This document shows positions 30,469 through 41,539 of a stretch of DNA of 64,000 bases, piece after piece (the first letter of the stretch is position 1; each line of letters opens with the position of its first letter). The notes under the pieces are model-generated. The model ran no database searches. It worked only from the letters and a program-made list of their open reading frames with translations, and was not told the DNA's origin. The DNA is from Syntrophales bacterium (lineage in GTDB: Bacteria; Desulfobacterota; Syntrophia; Syntrophales; UBA4778), in the NCBI GenBank assembly GCA_963665615.2, contig CAXXQE010000007.1:124001-188000 (forward strand), given 5' to 3'. The position numbers and the translations under genes are program-made.

Positions 30469-33400
30469 CTAGATGAACCGGGTGGCTCCTCTCCCTAGTA
30501 TCTGATCGGCGCCCGTTCGCAGTGCATCGGTAATTTGAAGCTTGGTATCCTTCCCGAGATAGATGACCGTTTCGCTGCTTCCCTCGTGGATCAAGTGAAT
30601 GTAGCCGTCATATTTTCCCGGATAGACTGCAAGAAGCTCCTTTAACTCGTCGAGGCATTCAGATGTCGCATGGCCGTTTTTCAGGTAGAAGTGAACGGAA
30701 GAGTATGGATTGTCAAGGGCATCCTTTAAGGAAGCAACCTCCAGCACCCTGATTTTATGGTCTTCTTCACTGTCACTGGATGCATCGACAGTGCCCTTTA
30801 TTAATAACGGATCATCGCTATGAAAGAGAGCATGGGACTTTTTGTATGCCTCCGGAAAAGCGATCGCGGTGACAGAACCTTTCAGATCTTCCATGGTCAC
30901 GTAGGCCATGAGATCATTGCGTTGTTTCGTCCTGATCTCACGAATGCTGCTGACTATTCCGGCGAAGGTGATCGTAGCGCCCTCCTTGCGACTCGACAGG
31001 GTTTCAGAATCGGTATCGGCCAGCAGCTTAAGCTTTTCCGTAAAACCGTTCAACGGATGGCTGGAAATGTAGAAACCGAGAACCTCCTTTTCGAAGGCCA
31101 GAAGTACGCTGGCATCCCATTCCGGCATGGATGGTGCCTCCTGAGCGGCATCAGAGAGGGGCGCTGCCCCCCTCGAGTCAAGCACAATCCCCGCAAAATC
31201 AAAAAGGCCGGTCTGTGCGGCGTCTCCGTTTTTAGACTTCTTCTGGGTTCTGTCGACGATGCCTTCAAAGTTTTCAATCAAATGGTGTCGCGACTGCTCG
31301 AACGCGTCGAAGGCGCCGCACTTGATCAGACTTTCAATGACGCGCTTGTTGATCTTCCTGAGATCTGCCCGTTCACAGAAATCCGAAAAACTCTTGAAAG
31401 GACCGTCGGCGTCGCGAACCTCGATAATGGATTCGATGGCGCCAACGCCGACATTCTTGACCGCGGCCAGTCCGAAGCGGATATGTCCTGCTGTGACCGA
31501 AAAGTCGATCATCGACTCATTGATATCCGGCGGGAGCACCTTGATTCCCATATCCCGGCAGCAACTGATGTACATGATGATCTTGTCGCGATTGCTCTTT
31601 TCACTGGAGAGCAGAGCCGCCATAAACTCCACCGGGTAGTGGGCCTTCAAATAGGCCGTCTGGTAGGAAATCATGGCATAGGCGGCGCTGTGGGACTTGT
31701 TGAAACCATAGCCGGCGAAAGTTTCCATCTGCTCAAAAATCTTGCGCGCGATGGGCTCAGGAATATTGTTCTTGGTCGCGCCGCCGACGAATTTCGGTCG
31801 CTCCTTCTCCATCTCGGAGACTTTCTTCTTGCTCATCGCCTTGCGGAAGGTGTCGGCCTCGCCCATTGTGTAATTTCCCAGGGCGCTGGCGATTTGCATG
31901 ACCTGCTCCTGGTACAGGATGACGCCGTAAGTCTCCTTCAGGATTGGTTCTAGTTCCGGTGTTTCATAGACGATCTTGGTCTTTCCATTCTTTCTGGCAA
32001 TGAATTCGGGAACCATCTGCATGGGGCCCGGTCGATAAAGGGCGATCAGGGCCATGACGTCTTCAATGCAGTCTGGCTTGAGGCCGATCAGGATATCTTT
32101 CATCCCGGAGCTTTCAAGCTGGAAAACGCCGTCAGTCTCCCCCTTGGAAAGCAGCTGATAGGTCGGGCGATCATCCAAGGGAATACGGTTAATGTCGAGG
32201 TCGATCCCCTGCCCTTTCTTGATAAAATTGAGGGCGTCACGTATCACCGTGAGGGTTTTCAGGCCGAGGAAGTCGAATTTGATGAGTCCGGCCGCCTCTA
32301 CATCGTTCTTCGAGAATTGCGTGAGGATTTCATCCCGCTGCGTCTTATAGAGCGGCACGCGTTCCATAAGGGGCTTGTCGGAGATCACAACCCCGGCCGC
32401 ATGCATCGTCGAATGTCGGCTAAGGCCCTCGAGTTTTCGGGAAAGGTTCAGAAGCCTGCTTATCCGCTCGTCCTTTTTCCCTTCTTTTTCCAGTTCCGGC
32501 TCCGTTTTCAGGGCCTCGTCGAGCGTCATGCCGAGTACAGCGGGCACGAGCTTGGCGATCCGGTCCACTTCACCGTAGGGCATGTTCAGGGCGCGCCCTA
32601 CATCCCGGATCACGCCGCGGGCCTGCATCGTTCCGAACGCGATGATCTGCGCGACCTTGTCGGTGCCATATTTCTCGTTGACATAACGAATGATGTCGTT
32701 TCGGCCTTCGATGCAGAAGTCAATGTCGATATCCGGCATGCTCTTTCGATCCGGATTGAGAAAGCGCTCGAAGAAAAGACCGTAACGGATGGGATCGATG
32801 TTGGTAATTCCGAGAATGCAGGCAACCAGACTGCCGGCAACCGAACCGCGTCCGGGACCGACAGGGATATTGCGCCCTTTGGCGTAATTGACGAAGTCCG
32901 AGACAATCAAAAAATAGCCCGCAAATCCCATGGACTTGATGATGTTCAACTCCATTTCGATGCGATCCACGTAAGTCTTTAACAGTTCCCGGTTTTGAAG
33001 ATCGAGGAGCTCCGGCTTGAGTTTTTCCCACCGAGCCAGGGTCATTTCCTTCAAATATTCATCGAGCGTTTGGTTCTCCTCGATTTCGAAATGCGGTAGA
33101 TAAAACTGATCCAGCGGCAGTTCCAGGTTGCAACGCTCTGCCACTTTCATTGTATTTTCTATGGCCTCTGGACAATAGTGAAAGAGAGACTTCATCTCGT
33201 CCGGGGAGCGGAAGTAAAACTGATCCGTTCCGAGCCTCATGCGATCGCTATCCTCGATAGTCTTTCCCGTCTGAATGCAGAGCAGAATGTCATGCGCCTC
33301 GGCGTCTTCGCGGTCGAGGTAGTGGCAATCGTTGGTGGCCACAAGCGGAATGCCCATTTCCTGCGCCAGTTCGATCAGCCTCTCATTGGCGATCTTCTGC

Positions 33401-33954
33401 TCCGGTAGGCCGTTCTCCATGATCTCGATATAGAAATTGCCCTCACCGAAGATCTTCAGGTATTCATTGGCAGCCTCGCGAGCCTCCTGCTTTTTCCCCC
33501 GCAAGAGGTTCGATGCAATCTCTCCATGCAGACAGGCGCTCATCCCGATAAGCCCCCCGCTGTATTGGGCGAGGATCTCCTTGTCTACCCGGGGCCGGTA
33601 GTAATAACCCTCCAGAAAGCTCAATGAGGAAAGCCGGATGAGATTGCGGTATCCGTCTAAGTCTTTGGCAAGAACCACGAGATGGCGATTGGACTCACCG
33701 ATTCCGTAAGATTCCCTATCGAAACGGCTCTTCGGGGCAACATAGAGTTCGCTGCCGATAATGGGTTTAAGACCTGCTTTCTTGGCCCGTTGATAGAAAT
33801 CGATCGTTCCAAAGAGATTGCCGTGATCGGTCATACTGACAGCCGGCATCGAAAAGGCTTTTGCCTTGTCGAAGAGACGATCCAGGCGGATGGCACCGTC
33901 TAGCAGACTGTACTGCGTATGCACATGGAGGTGAATGAAATCGGAGTTGCTCAT
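30469..33954 (-). CDS. dnaE: DNA polymerase III alpha subunit
   Basis: FIHLHVHTQYSLLDG (PHP), PGRGS, MPDIDIDF, GYGFNKSH, OB fold; uninterrupted. Confidence 0.98.
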   Translation of the reverse strand: MSNSDFIHLHVHTQYSLLDGAIRLDRLFDKAKAFSMPAVSMTDHGNLFGTIDFYQRAKKAGLKPIIGSELYVAPKSRFDRESYGIGESNRHLVVLAKDLDGYRNLIRLSSLSFLEGYYYRPRVDKEILAQYSGGLIGMSACLHGEIASNLLRGKKQEAREAANEYLKIFGEGNFYIEIMENGLPEQKIANERLIELAQEMGIPLVATNDCHYLDREDAEAHDILLCIQTGKTIEDSDRMRLGTDQFYFRSPDEMKSLFHYCPEAIENTMKVAERCNLELPLDQFYLPHFEIEENQTLDEYLKEMTLARWEKLKPELLDLQNRELLKTYVDRIEMELNIIKSMGFAGYFLIVSDFVNYAKGRNIPVGPGRGSVAGSLVACILGITNIDPIRYGLFFERFLNPDRKSMPDIDIDFCIEGRNDIIRYVNEKYGTDKVAQIIAFGTMQARGVIRDVGRALNMPYGEVDRIAKLVPAVLGMTLDEALKTEPELEKEGKKDERISRLLNLSRKLEGLSRHSTMHAAGVVISDKPLMERVPLYKTQRDEILTQFSKNDVEAAGLIKFDFLGLKTLTVIRDALNFIKKGQGIDLDINRIPLDDRPTYQLLSKGETDGVFQLESSGMKDILIGLKPDCIEDVMALIALYRPGPMQMVPEFIARKNGKTKIVYETPELEPILKETYGVILYQEQVMQIASALGNYTMGEADTFRKAMSKKKVSEMEKERPKFVGGATKNNIPEPIARKIFEQMETFAGYGFNKSHSAAYAMISYQTAYLKAHYPVEFMAALLSSEKSNRDKIIMYISCCRDMGIKVLPPDINESMIDFSVTAGHIRFGLAAVKNVGVGAIESIIEVRDADGPFKSFSDFCERADLRKINKRVIESLIKCGAFDAFEQSRHHLIENFEGIVDRTQKKSKNGDAAQTGLFDFAGIVLDSRGAAPLSDAAQEAPSMPEWDASVLLAFEKEVLGFYISSHPLNGFTEKLKLLADTDSETLSSRKEGATITFAGIVSSIREIRTKQRNDLMAYVTMEDLKGSVTAIAFPEAYKKSHALFHSDDPLLIKGTVDASSDSEEDHKIRVLEVASLKDALDNPYSSVHFYLKNGHATSECLDELKELLAVYPGKYDGYIHLIHEGSSETVIYLGKDTKLQITDALRTGADQILGRGATRFI

Positions 33955-34004
33955 ATAACCAGGCAGATTCAAAGGGCGGAGGCCCTACAAATTTAAAATA
34001 TTCA

Positions 34005-34040
34005 AAATGAAATGAAGGCCGCAATGGCAACGGCCCTCTT
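34005..34040 (-). terminator. possible terminator after guaB
   Basis: Minus strand GGCCG-ttgccattg-CGGCC followed by TTCATTTCATTTT. Confidence 0.45.
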
Positions 34041-34094
34041 CCGTATTGATTCCGTATTGACTGGAAGCTAGGAACTGAAAACTGATGACTGTCT
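34039..34094. repeat. short tandem repeats (2x 11-mer then 5 degenerate heptamers)
   Basis: TTCCGTATTGA x2 at 34039..34060; ACTGGAA GCTAGGA ACTGAAA ACTGATG ACTGTCT at 34060..34094. Confidence 0.55.
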
Positions 34095-34096
34095 GA

Positions 34097-35593
<1,497 letters not shown>

Positions 35594-35749
35594 CTATCAA
35601 AAAGAACGGAAAATTGCACGCGCAAATGACTGTTTTCCCGTAAAATTGAAGACTCACAGGAGAAAGCTCAGGATACGCTCCGATTCTTAAAGAAACTGTC
35701 TCAACATGACACGCTCGCTGCCTGATCACGTTGCTTCGTGACACTCGCG

Positions 35750-36232
35750 TCAACTCTGCACTGGAAGAAAAAACTTTCCACATTTAGACACAATATAAAA
35801 GCTGCCCGTTTCCTCATCACATTCAATGAATTCGGCTAACTGATAATAAGCTGATCGTGAAAAACGTGCATCGAACCGACCGCCCTTGCAAGTGCAGTAG
35901 AAGATGTTGCTGTCATCGATCCAGAGCGATTGCAAATCCAGATCTTCAATCTCGTCGTTATTGAGTTGGATCTGAAAGATCCCCTCCGGATCTTCAGGCG
36001 TTTCCGTAAGGCTGAAACTCTTAACAACAAAAGGGGTATCTTCGACCACAATGTGACAGTAGTCCTTTGGCAGAGAGATGGCATAACGGCCCGATTGCTC
36101 ACGAACCAGATGCTCGTAGAACAACTGCACGATTTCCTTGCGGAACATTTCGGCCCCGTTGTAGTACCAAACGCCCTCCTTGTCGATCCTGATTTCAAAG
36201 GACTGCTCGTTTTGATTCGTTGCGTCCGCCAT
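35750..36232 (-). CDS. DUF1285-like protein
   Basis: IRIDKEGVWYYNG...IVQLF, VEDTPF, ARFSRSAYYQLA. Confidence 0.8.
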   Translation of the reverse strand: MADATNQNEQSFEIRIDKEGVWYYNGAEMFRKEIVQLFYEHLVREQSGRYAISLPKDYCHIVVEDTPFVVKSFSLTETPEDPEGIFQIQLNNDEIEDLDLQSLWIDDSNIFYCTCKGGRFDARFSRSAYYQLAEFIECDEETGSFYIVSKCGKFFLPVQS

Positions 36233-36241
36233 TTTGTAACC

Positions 36242-36697
36242 TTATTGATCCAGTCGCCCTGCCCTCGAATCAATGAGAATGGTCACCGGCCCATTGTTCG
36301 TGCTTTCGATTTTCATCATCGCCTGAAATTTTCCGCCCGCCGTCGGTGCAGACTCCGACGCCTTTCGAATGAAATATTCATAAAGGGCATTGGCCTTAAC
36401 AGGTTCTTCCGCGTCAGTAAAGGAGGGTCGGCGCCCCTTTCGACAATCGGCAAGAAGGGTAAATTGAGAGACTGTCAGTAATTCGCCTCTGACATCCTTG
36501 AGTGAGAGATTGAACTTTCCTGTTTCGTCCTCGAAGATGCGGAGATTGACGATCTTTTCGGCGAGATAATCGGCATCTGATTCCTGGTCGTTTCTTTCAA
36601 CTCCGAGATAAACCAGCAAGCCACGTGCAATAGAGGAAATTTCTATAGAATCTACAGTGACGCGCGCAGCGTCCACCCGCTGAACAACTGCCTTCAT
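36242..36697 (-). CDS. dtd: D-aminoacyl-tRNA deacylase
   Basis: MKAVVQRV, LRIFED, SQFTL, GRRPSF, NNGPVT. Confidence 0.96.
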   Translation of the reverse strand: MKAVVQRVDAARVTVDSIEISSIARGLLVYLGVERNDQESDADYLAEKIVNLRIFEDETGKFNLSLKDVRGELLTVSQFTLLADCRKGRRPSFTDAEEPVKANALYEYFIRKASESAPTAGGKFQAMMKIESTNNGPVTILIDSRAGRLDQ

Positions 36698-36895
36698 AGA
36701 GCCTCTCCGATGCCGAGATATAACAATATTGAATAGGGGCGGCAAGTCTTTTCTAAGAAACGCCCTGCCATTTCTATGCAGCCCTTCCGCTTGGTGAACG
36801 TCTTGCAAGGATTGTCTATTGTATATTCCCATGTCGTATGCTACTGAAATTCCCTCGCAGTTTTCTCACATTCCTTTTATCAATCGAGGAGAACG

Positions 36896-37951
36896 ATGCC
36901 GCGAATCAGAGGAAAAAGCAAAAAGGCTGAGATACTCTCGCTGGAAGAGGCAGTCAAAAAGTACATGCACGACGACATGGTCTGCGCATTCAGCGGCTTT
37001 ACGGGCTTTAATCGCAATCCATTCGCCTTCGCCTGGGAGATTGTCAGACAGGGGGTCAAAGACCTTCACCTGCTCGATCGTCATGGGAGTCAATGTTCCT
37101 GGCTCCTGAATGCCGTGGGCGCCCTCAAAATCTTCGAGACGAACTGGATGGGTTGGGGGGAAATGGCCGGGAAGGTCGATATCAACCTGAACCGTCGATA
37201 TAAGGCCGGCGAGATCATTCTCGAAGATTATTCACACGGCGCCATGGCCATGCGCTTTCTGGCCGGAGCGCTCGGAACGCCTTTCATCCCCTATTACGGT
37301 CCCCTCGGTTCCGATCTATACAATCCGGATTACGATGCCCTTGGACGGGCCGGCCTGCGAGACGGCTCGAATCCCAGGATTCCCAAAAAGAAATTCATCC
37401 AGATGGCGGATCCTTTTTACGGCGACGGCGAGGTCGTCCTTCTGCCGGCGGCGCGGCCGGAAATCGGCATCATCCATGTGAGTCAGGTCGGGGACAAGGG
37501 TACAGCCAAATGGCGCGGCATCAGCACGATCGACAAGGAGATGGCCTTTGCCTGCGACAAGGTCATCATCACCGCCGAAGAAATCGTTCCTGAAGCGGAA
37601 ATCAGGAGAAACCCCGAAGCCAACCAGATCCCCTATTTTACGGTTGATTGCATTGTCGAGGTGCCCTGGGGGGCCTTCCCCAGCTCGGTTCCCTTCTATT
37701 ACGATTACGATCCGCAGTTTATGCGCCAGATGGACAAAGCCTCACGTGATGAAAAACAGCTCGCCCAGTGGCTCGACGAATGGGTTTTCAGCCCGAAGGA
37801 TTGGAAGACCTTTATCGAAAAACTCGGCCTTGAACGCCTCCTCGCTCTCAAGGCGGAGAGCACAACAGGCTACAGTTCGCGAATGCTGAGGGGGAAGAAA
37901 GCAGCGCCTCGGATGACCATGCCGCTATCGGTCGCAAAAAACGGTTTATAA
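36896..37951 (+). CDS. family I CoA-transferase subunit A (GctA/PcaI-like)
   Basis: LSLEEAV, EDYSHGAMAMRFLAGALGTPF, IHVSQ.GDKG, VIITAEEIV, VEVPWGAFP; RBS GAGGAG. Confidence 0.9.
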   Translation: MPRIRGKSKKAEILSLEEAVKKYMHDDMVCAFSGFTGFNRNPFAFAWEIVRQGVKDLHLLDRHGSQCSWLLNAVGALKIFETNWMGWGEMAGKVDINLNRRYKAGEIILEDYSHGAMAMRFLAGALGTPFIPYYGPLGSDLYNPDYDALGRAGLRDGSNPRIPKKKFIQMADPFYGDGEVVLLPAARPEIGIIHVSQVGDKGTAKWRGISTIDKEMAFACDKVIITAEEIVPEAEIRRNPEANQIPYFTVDCIVEVPWGAFPSSVPFYYDYDPQFMRQMDKASRDEKQLAQWLDEWVFSPKDWKTFIEKLGLERLLALKAESTTGYSSRMLRGKKAAPRMTMPLSVAKNGL

Positions 37952-37965
37952 CAGGGAGACGAAAG

Positions 37966-38883
37966 ATGCCGGACGCCACGAAATCCTTGATGGACCTGAT
38001 CGAGCAGATCCCGGAAGACCCTGCTCAGGTCGGTGAATTTCTTCTCCCGGAGCTGATGGCTATTGCTGTGGCGCGCGAGGTCCGAAACGACGACGTTGTT
38101 TTTGCTGGAACTGGCCTTCCCATTCTCGGCATCATGACGGCGAATCTGACCAATGCGCCGGGCGCGGCGGTGATCTACGAGTCCGGAAGCTGCGATGCCA
38201 AGACGATGCACCTCCCTATGTCGGTTGGCGATCAGAGGGCGGCTTACTTAGGCTCGACGTTGGGAGGGCTTGTGGATACCTTCGGGTACTACCTTCAGCA
38301 GGGTTATATCACCCTCGGATTTCTCGGTGGCGCGTCCATAGACAAATATGGCGGGGTCAACGTGACCTCCATCGGAGACTATTACAAGCCCGCAGCCCGG
38401 TTCCCCGGCTCGGGCGGGAATTCGGACATCGGCACGATGGCCAAAAGAACGGCGTTTGTCATCGCACAGGAAAAAAGGCGCTTCATTGAACGAAATGATT
38501 ACACGACAACGCCCGGGTGGTGGTGCTGGGATTTTAAAACCGGAGAATGGAAGCCGAAACGAGAGGTCTGGAAGGGAACGCCCTTTGCGGAATGCGGCCC
38601 TGATGCCGTAGTGACCAACATGGGCGTTTATCGATTTGACGAAGACGGAATCATCTACCTGGAAGCGTGTCACCCCGGCGTGACTGTGGAACAAATCAAG
38701 GAGAATTGCGGGTTTGAACTGAACGTTTCACGCCTGCAAGGTGAAACCGCAGCGCCAAGCTACCGGGAACTCTTTATCCTGCGAGAGTTTGTCGATCCCG
38801 AATTGATCTTCCTGCCGGAGAAAAAAGCGTATCCCGCTGCCATCGAAACAATGATCTCAGAAAATATTCGTCAAAACCTTTAA
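37966..38883 (+). CDS. family I CoA-transferase subunit B (GctB/PcaJ-like)
   Basis: VFAGTGLP, IYESG (catalytic Glu), GFLGGASIDKYG, RFPGSGG, HPGVTVEQIKENCGF. Confidence 0.9.
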   Translation: MPDATKSLMDLIEQIPEDPAQVGEFLLPELMAIAVAREVRNDDVVFAGTGLPILGIMTANLTNAPGAAVIYESGSCDAKTMHLPMSVGDQRAAYLGSTLGGLVDTFGYYLQQGYITLGFLGGASIDKYGGVNVTSIGDYYKPAARFPGSGGNSDIGTMAKRTAFVIAQEKRRFIERNDYTTTPGWWCWDFKTGEWKPKREVWKGTPFAECGPDAVVTNMGVYRFDEDGIIYLEACHPGVTVEQIKENCGFELNVSRLQGETAAPSYRELFILREFVDPELIFLPEKKAYPAAIETMISENIRQNL

Positions 38884-39011
38884 TATAAATAAAGTACACC
38901 CTCCATAGCACCATTTGAAATGTAACATGCCTCAACTGTTTTCGTCTGGTCGAATCACGAAAAATCGTGTATAAATTTGGCCACATTACTCAACACGGGG
39001 TTTACGTCGAG

Positions 39012-39572
39012 ATGGAACAGAGCAGTCTGATTATCCGGTGCCTTCGCTGCGGGCAAAAGAACCGCGTTGAATCGTCCCGGCTGGATGCCAATCCGGTCTG
39101 CGGCCGCTGCCGGTCTCCCCTCGACCACCTTATCATCCAATGCTTTTTCTGCGGCGCCAAAAACCGCGTCAGCGAAGATCGGCTCAACAGCCGCCCGATC
39201 TGCGGCCGATGCAGACTGCCACTTTATCCCAGCGCGGCTGCTATCGTAACGGAAAGCACTTTTCAGCAAGACGTCCTGGAGGCGGCAGGATATGTGATCG
39301 TCGGCTTTCTTGCCACGGAGACGGATGAGTACACACAGATGCTCAACTACTTCGCATCTAAATATGTGAGCGGCATCAAAACACTCAAGCTCCTGATGCC
39401 CGCCAATCCTGCACTTGCCCGGCAATACGATCTGCTCGACGCCCCTGCCCTGCTCGTCTTCAACGAGGGAAAGCTTGCCCGTCGGTTTGCCACGCCCCTG
39501 CACCGCGATGAAATTGAAGCCTATCTTATCCAACTCTTTAAATTTGTTCATGATGTTCCCAACGGCGAATAA
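39012..39572 (+). CDS. thioredoxin-fold protein with two TrxC-type zinc ribbons and no active-site CXXC
   Basis: CxxCGxKNRV...PxCGRC twice; then VTESTFQQDVL..VIVGF, NPALARQY, PALLVFNEGK. Start 39012 or 38967. Confidence 0.8.
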   Translation: MEQSSLIIRCLRCGQKNRVESSRLDANPVCGRCRSPLDHLIIQCFFCGAKNRVSEDRLNSRPICGRCRLPLYPSAAAIVTESTFQQDVLEAAGYVIVGFLATETDEYTQMLNYFASKYVSGIKTLKLLMPANPALARQYDLLDAPALLVFNEGKLARRFATPLHRDEIEAYLIQLFKFVHDVPNGE

Positions 39573-39625
39573 CGCCCCATATCTCTTTTTTTTGCAATCT
39601 TCTTCATACCATCTGTAAAGAAAAC

Positions 39626-39675
39626 TTGACATCTCCCGCCTCCCCTGCAATATATTAATTAACAGCGTTAATTAA
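39626..39675 (+). promoter_or_regulatory. promoter and candidate TetR operator
   Basis: TTGACA at 39626; perfect inverted repeat TTAATTAAC-AGC-GTTAATTAA at 39655..39675 over the -10/+1 region, 17 bp before the TetR ATG. Confidence 0.75.
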
Positions 39676-39692
39676 AGTAACGAGGTAAACCT

Positions 39693-40313
39693 ATGGGAAC
39701 CAGGGAACGTAAGGCCAGGCAGAAGGAATCTCTGCGTCAGGATATTCTAGATGCGGCGCGAGATATCTTACTTGAAGATGGCGCGCAAAAGCTCTCGATG
39801 CGTCGCATTGCAGAAAAGATCGAATACACGCCAACGACGATTTATCTTTACTTTCACGACAAGGACGACATTCTTTTTCACCTTTGCGAGGAGGTCTACG
39901 GAAAGGTGGCGGATGTCCTGAAAAAAGTCGGCCGACAGCAGAAGGACCCCGTTGAACGGGTGAGAAAGGTCATCGCAGCGTATATCAAGTTTGGTCTTTC
40001 CGATCCCGCCCGTTACCGGATCGCGTTCATGCACAATCTACCGCCGAATGTCCATCCCCAGGAGCTGTTGAAGCCGGGCACAAAGGCACAGAACGCCTAT
40101 GAAATCTTGAGGCAAGATGTGGCTGAGGCACTTGAGGCCATTAAGGATAACCAAAGGAACGTCGAAGCAGTCGCGCAGGTGATGTGGGCAAGCACGCACG
40201 GCATCATTTCCATCGTCATCAGCCACCCAGATTTCCCCTGGGTGGAACGCAAGCAAATGATAGAGACGACAATCGATCTCCTGATGAATGGATTGACCCG
40301 GAAGACCGCATAA
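39693..40313 (+). CDS. TetR/AcrR-family transcriptional regulator
   Basis: ILDAA..., LSMRRIAEKIEYTPTTIYLYFHDKDDI HTH; WASTHG (WHG-type C-terminal domain). Confidence 0.95.
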   Translation: MGTRERKARQKESLRQDILDAARDILLEDGAQKLSMRRIAEKIEYTPTTIYLYFHDKDDILFHLCEEVYGKVADVLKKVGRQQKDPVERVRKVIAAYIKFGLSDPARYRIAFMHNLPPNVHPQELLKPGTKAQNAYEILRQDVAEALEAIKDNQRNVEAVAQVMWASTHGIISIVISHPDFPWVERKQMIETTIDLLMNGLTRKTA

Positions 40314-40332
40314 CAAAGAAAAAGGACCTGCC

Positions 40333-41535
40333 ATGAAACCCAAGACGACCTTGAAGACTCACTCAGGCATCGGGATCAAATGCCTGGAATGCAATAGAGC
40401 GGGAAAAAATGCGCGAATAGTCGGCGCCATGATCTTGCTGCTCGTTATTTGCCTGCCTACAGGATGTTCGAAGAACCAGAAAGATACATCTGTCGCCATG
40501 CCTGCCGTTCGCGTGGCGCCGGTGCGCCGCGTCGATGATTTTAAGTATGTGCAGGTCAGCGGATCGGTCGTATCCCCCTGTGCGCCGTCGATGATCTCCT
40601 TTCTGGTAAGCGGACGCGTGACACAGGTGCTCCCGCGCGAAGGTGATTACGTGAAGGCGGGACAGCTTCTCGCCGTCATCGATTCGGCGGATTACCGACT
40701 GTCCGTTCAGTCGGCGACTGCTCAGACCGTGCAGGCCAGGGTTGCCCTTCAGCGCGCCGAAAGTGAGTATGCGCGGATGAAATTTCTCTTCGACAGCAAG
40801 AGCCTTGCACCCAATGATTTTGAAAAATTCAGGGCAGCTTATGATGCCGCAAGGCAGCAACTCGATCAGGCAAACGCCAACGAACAACTCATGCGAAAGC
40901 ATCTGATTGATACGGAACTCCGTGCACCGGTCAGCGGCTTTGTCGCGATGCGCGGCATTGAACCGGGCGACCTGGCGGCCCCCGGTCGTCCCGTTTTCAG
41001 CATTGTGGGCATCGACCCGGTGGAAATTCACGTCGGCGTACCGGAAACGGACGTCCGTTTGCTTCGCAAAGGCAGCAAGGTTACGATCACCGTCCCCGCC
41101 CTGCCCGGCAGGACTTTTCGGGGAACCGTCGGGCTGGTCAATGTAGCGGCCGATCCGACGAGCCGCACGTATATGACGCGAATCATCGTCGCCAATCCCG
41201 ATCGCGTCCTACGGATCGGCATGATTGCAGAGGCAGGTATTCAGTCCCCCGAAAGGACGAAGGTGATGACACTGCCCGGCGACGCCGTTGTTCGCGATCC
41301 GCAGGGCGCAAAGATGGTCTACGTTTATTACCCTGATAAAAAACGCGTCCACGCCCGGCAGATAGAGACAGGCGCCCTCTATGACCGCGATGTTCAGATC
41401 AAAAGGGGATTGTCCGGCACTGAACTCGTCGTAATAGCGGGTCAGGACAAGCTTCGCGAAGGTGAGACGGTTGCACTGGCCGATTCTCTATCTCCCTCTT
41501 CTCCGGTGGCCGCCACAAACGCTGGAGGGGAATAG
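40333..41535 (+). CDS. RND efflux periplasmic adaptor (MFP), probable lipoprotein
   Basis: Lipobox-like LPTGC; VSGRV..EGDYVKAGQLLA, LRAPVSG, ADPTSRTY, GLSGTELVVIAGQ. Confidence 0.92.
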   Translation: MKPKTTLKTHSGIGIKCLECNRAGKNARIVGAMILLLVICLPTGCSKNQKDTSVAMPAVRVAPVRRVDDFKYVQVSGSVVSPCAPSMISFLVSGRVTQVLPREGDYVKAGQLLAVIDSADYRLSVQSATAQTVQARVALQRAESEYARMKFLFDSKSLAPNDFEKFRAAYDAARQQLDQANANEQLMRKHLIDTELRAPVSGFVAMRGIEPGDLAAPGRPVFSIVGIDPVEIHVGVPETDVRLLRKGSKVTITVPALPGRTFRGTVGLVNVAADPTSRTYMTRIIVANPDRVLRIGMIAEAGIQSPERTKVMTLPGDAVVRDPQGAKMVYVYYPDKKRVHARQIETGALYDRDVQIKRGLSGTELVVIAGQDKLREGETVALADSLSPSSPVAATNAGGE

Positions 41536-41539
41536 AGAG

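Noticed and set aside
30820..31953. 377-aa plus-strand ORF
   Set aside because: Antisense shadow of dnaE.
30469..33954. Intein or split in dnaE
   Set aside because: Normal length, continuous motifs, no intein C/HN signatures.
38956..38969. CACGA-AAAA-TCGTG dyad upstream of the pseudo-thioredoxin
   Set aside because: Only 5-bp arms; expected by chance in 64 kb.
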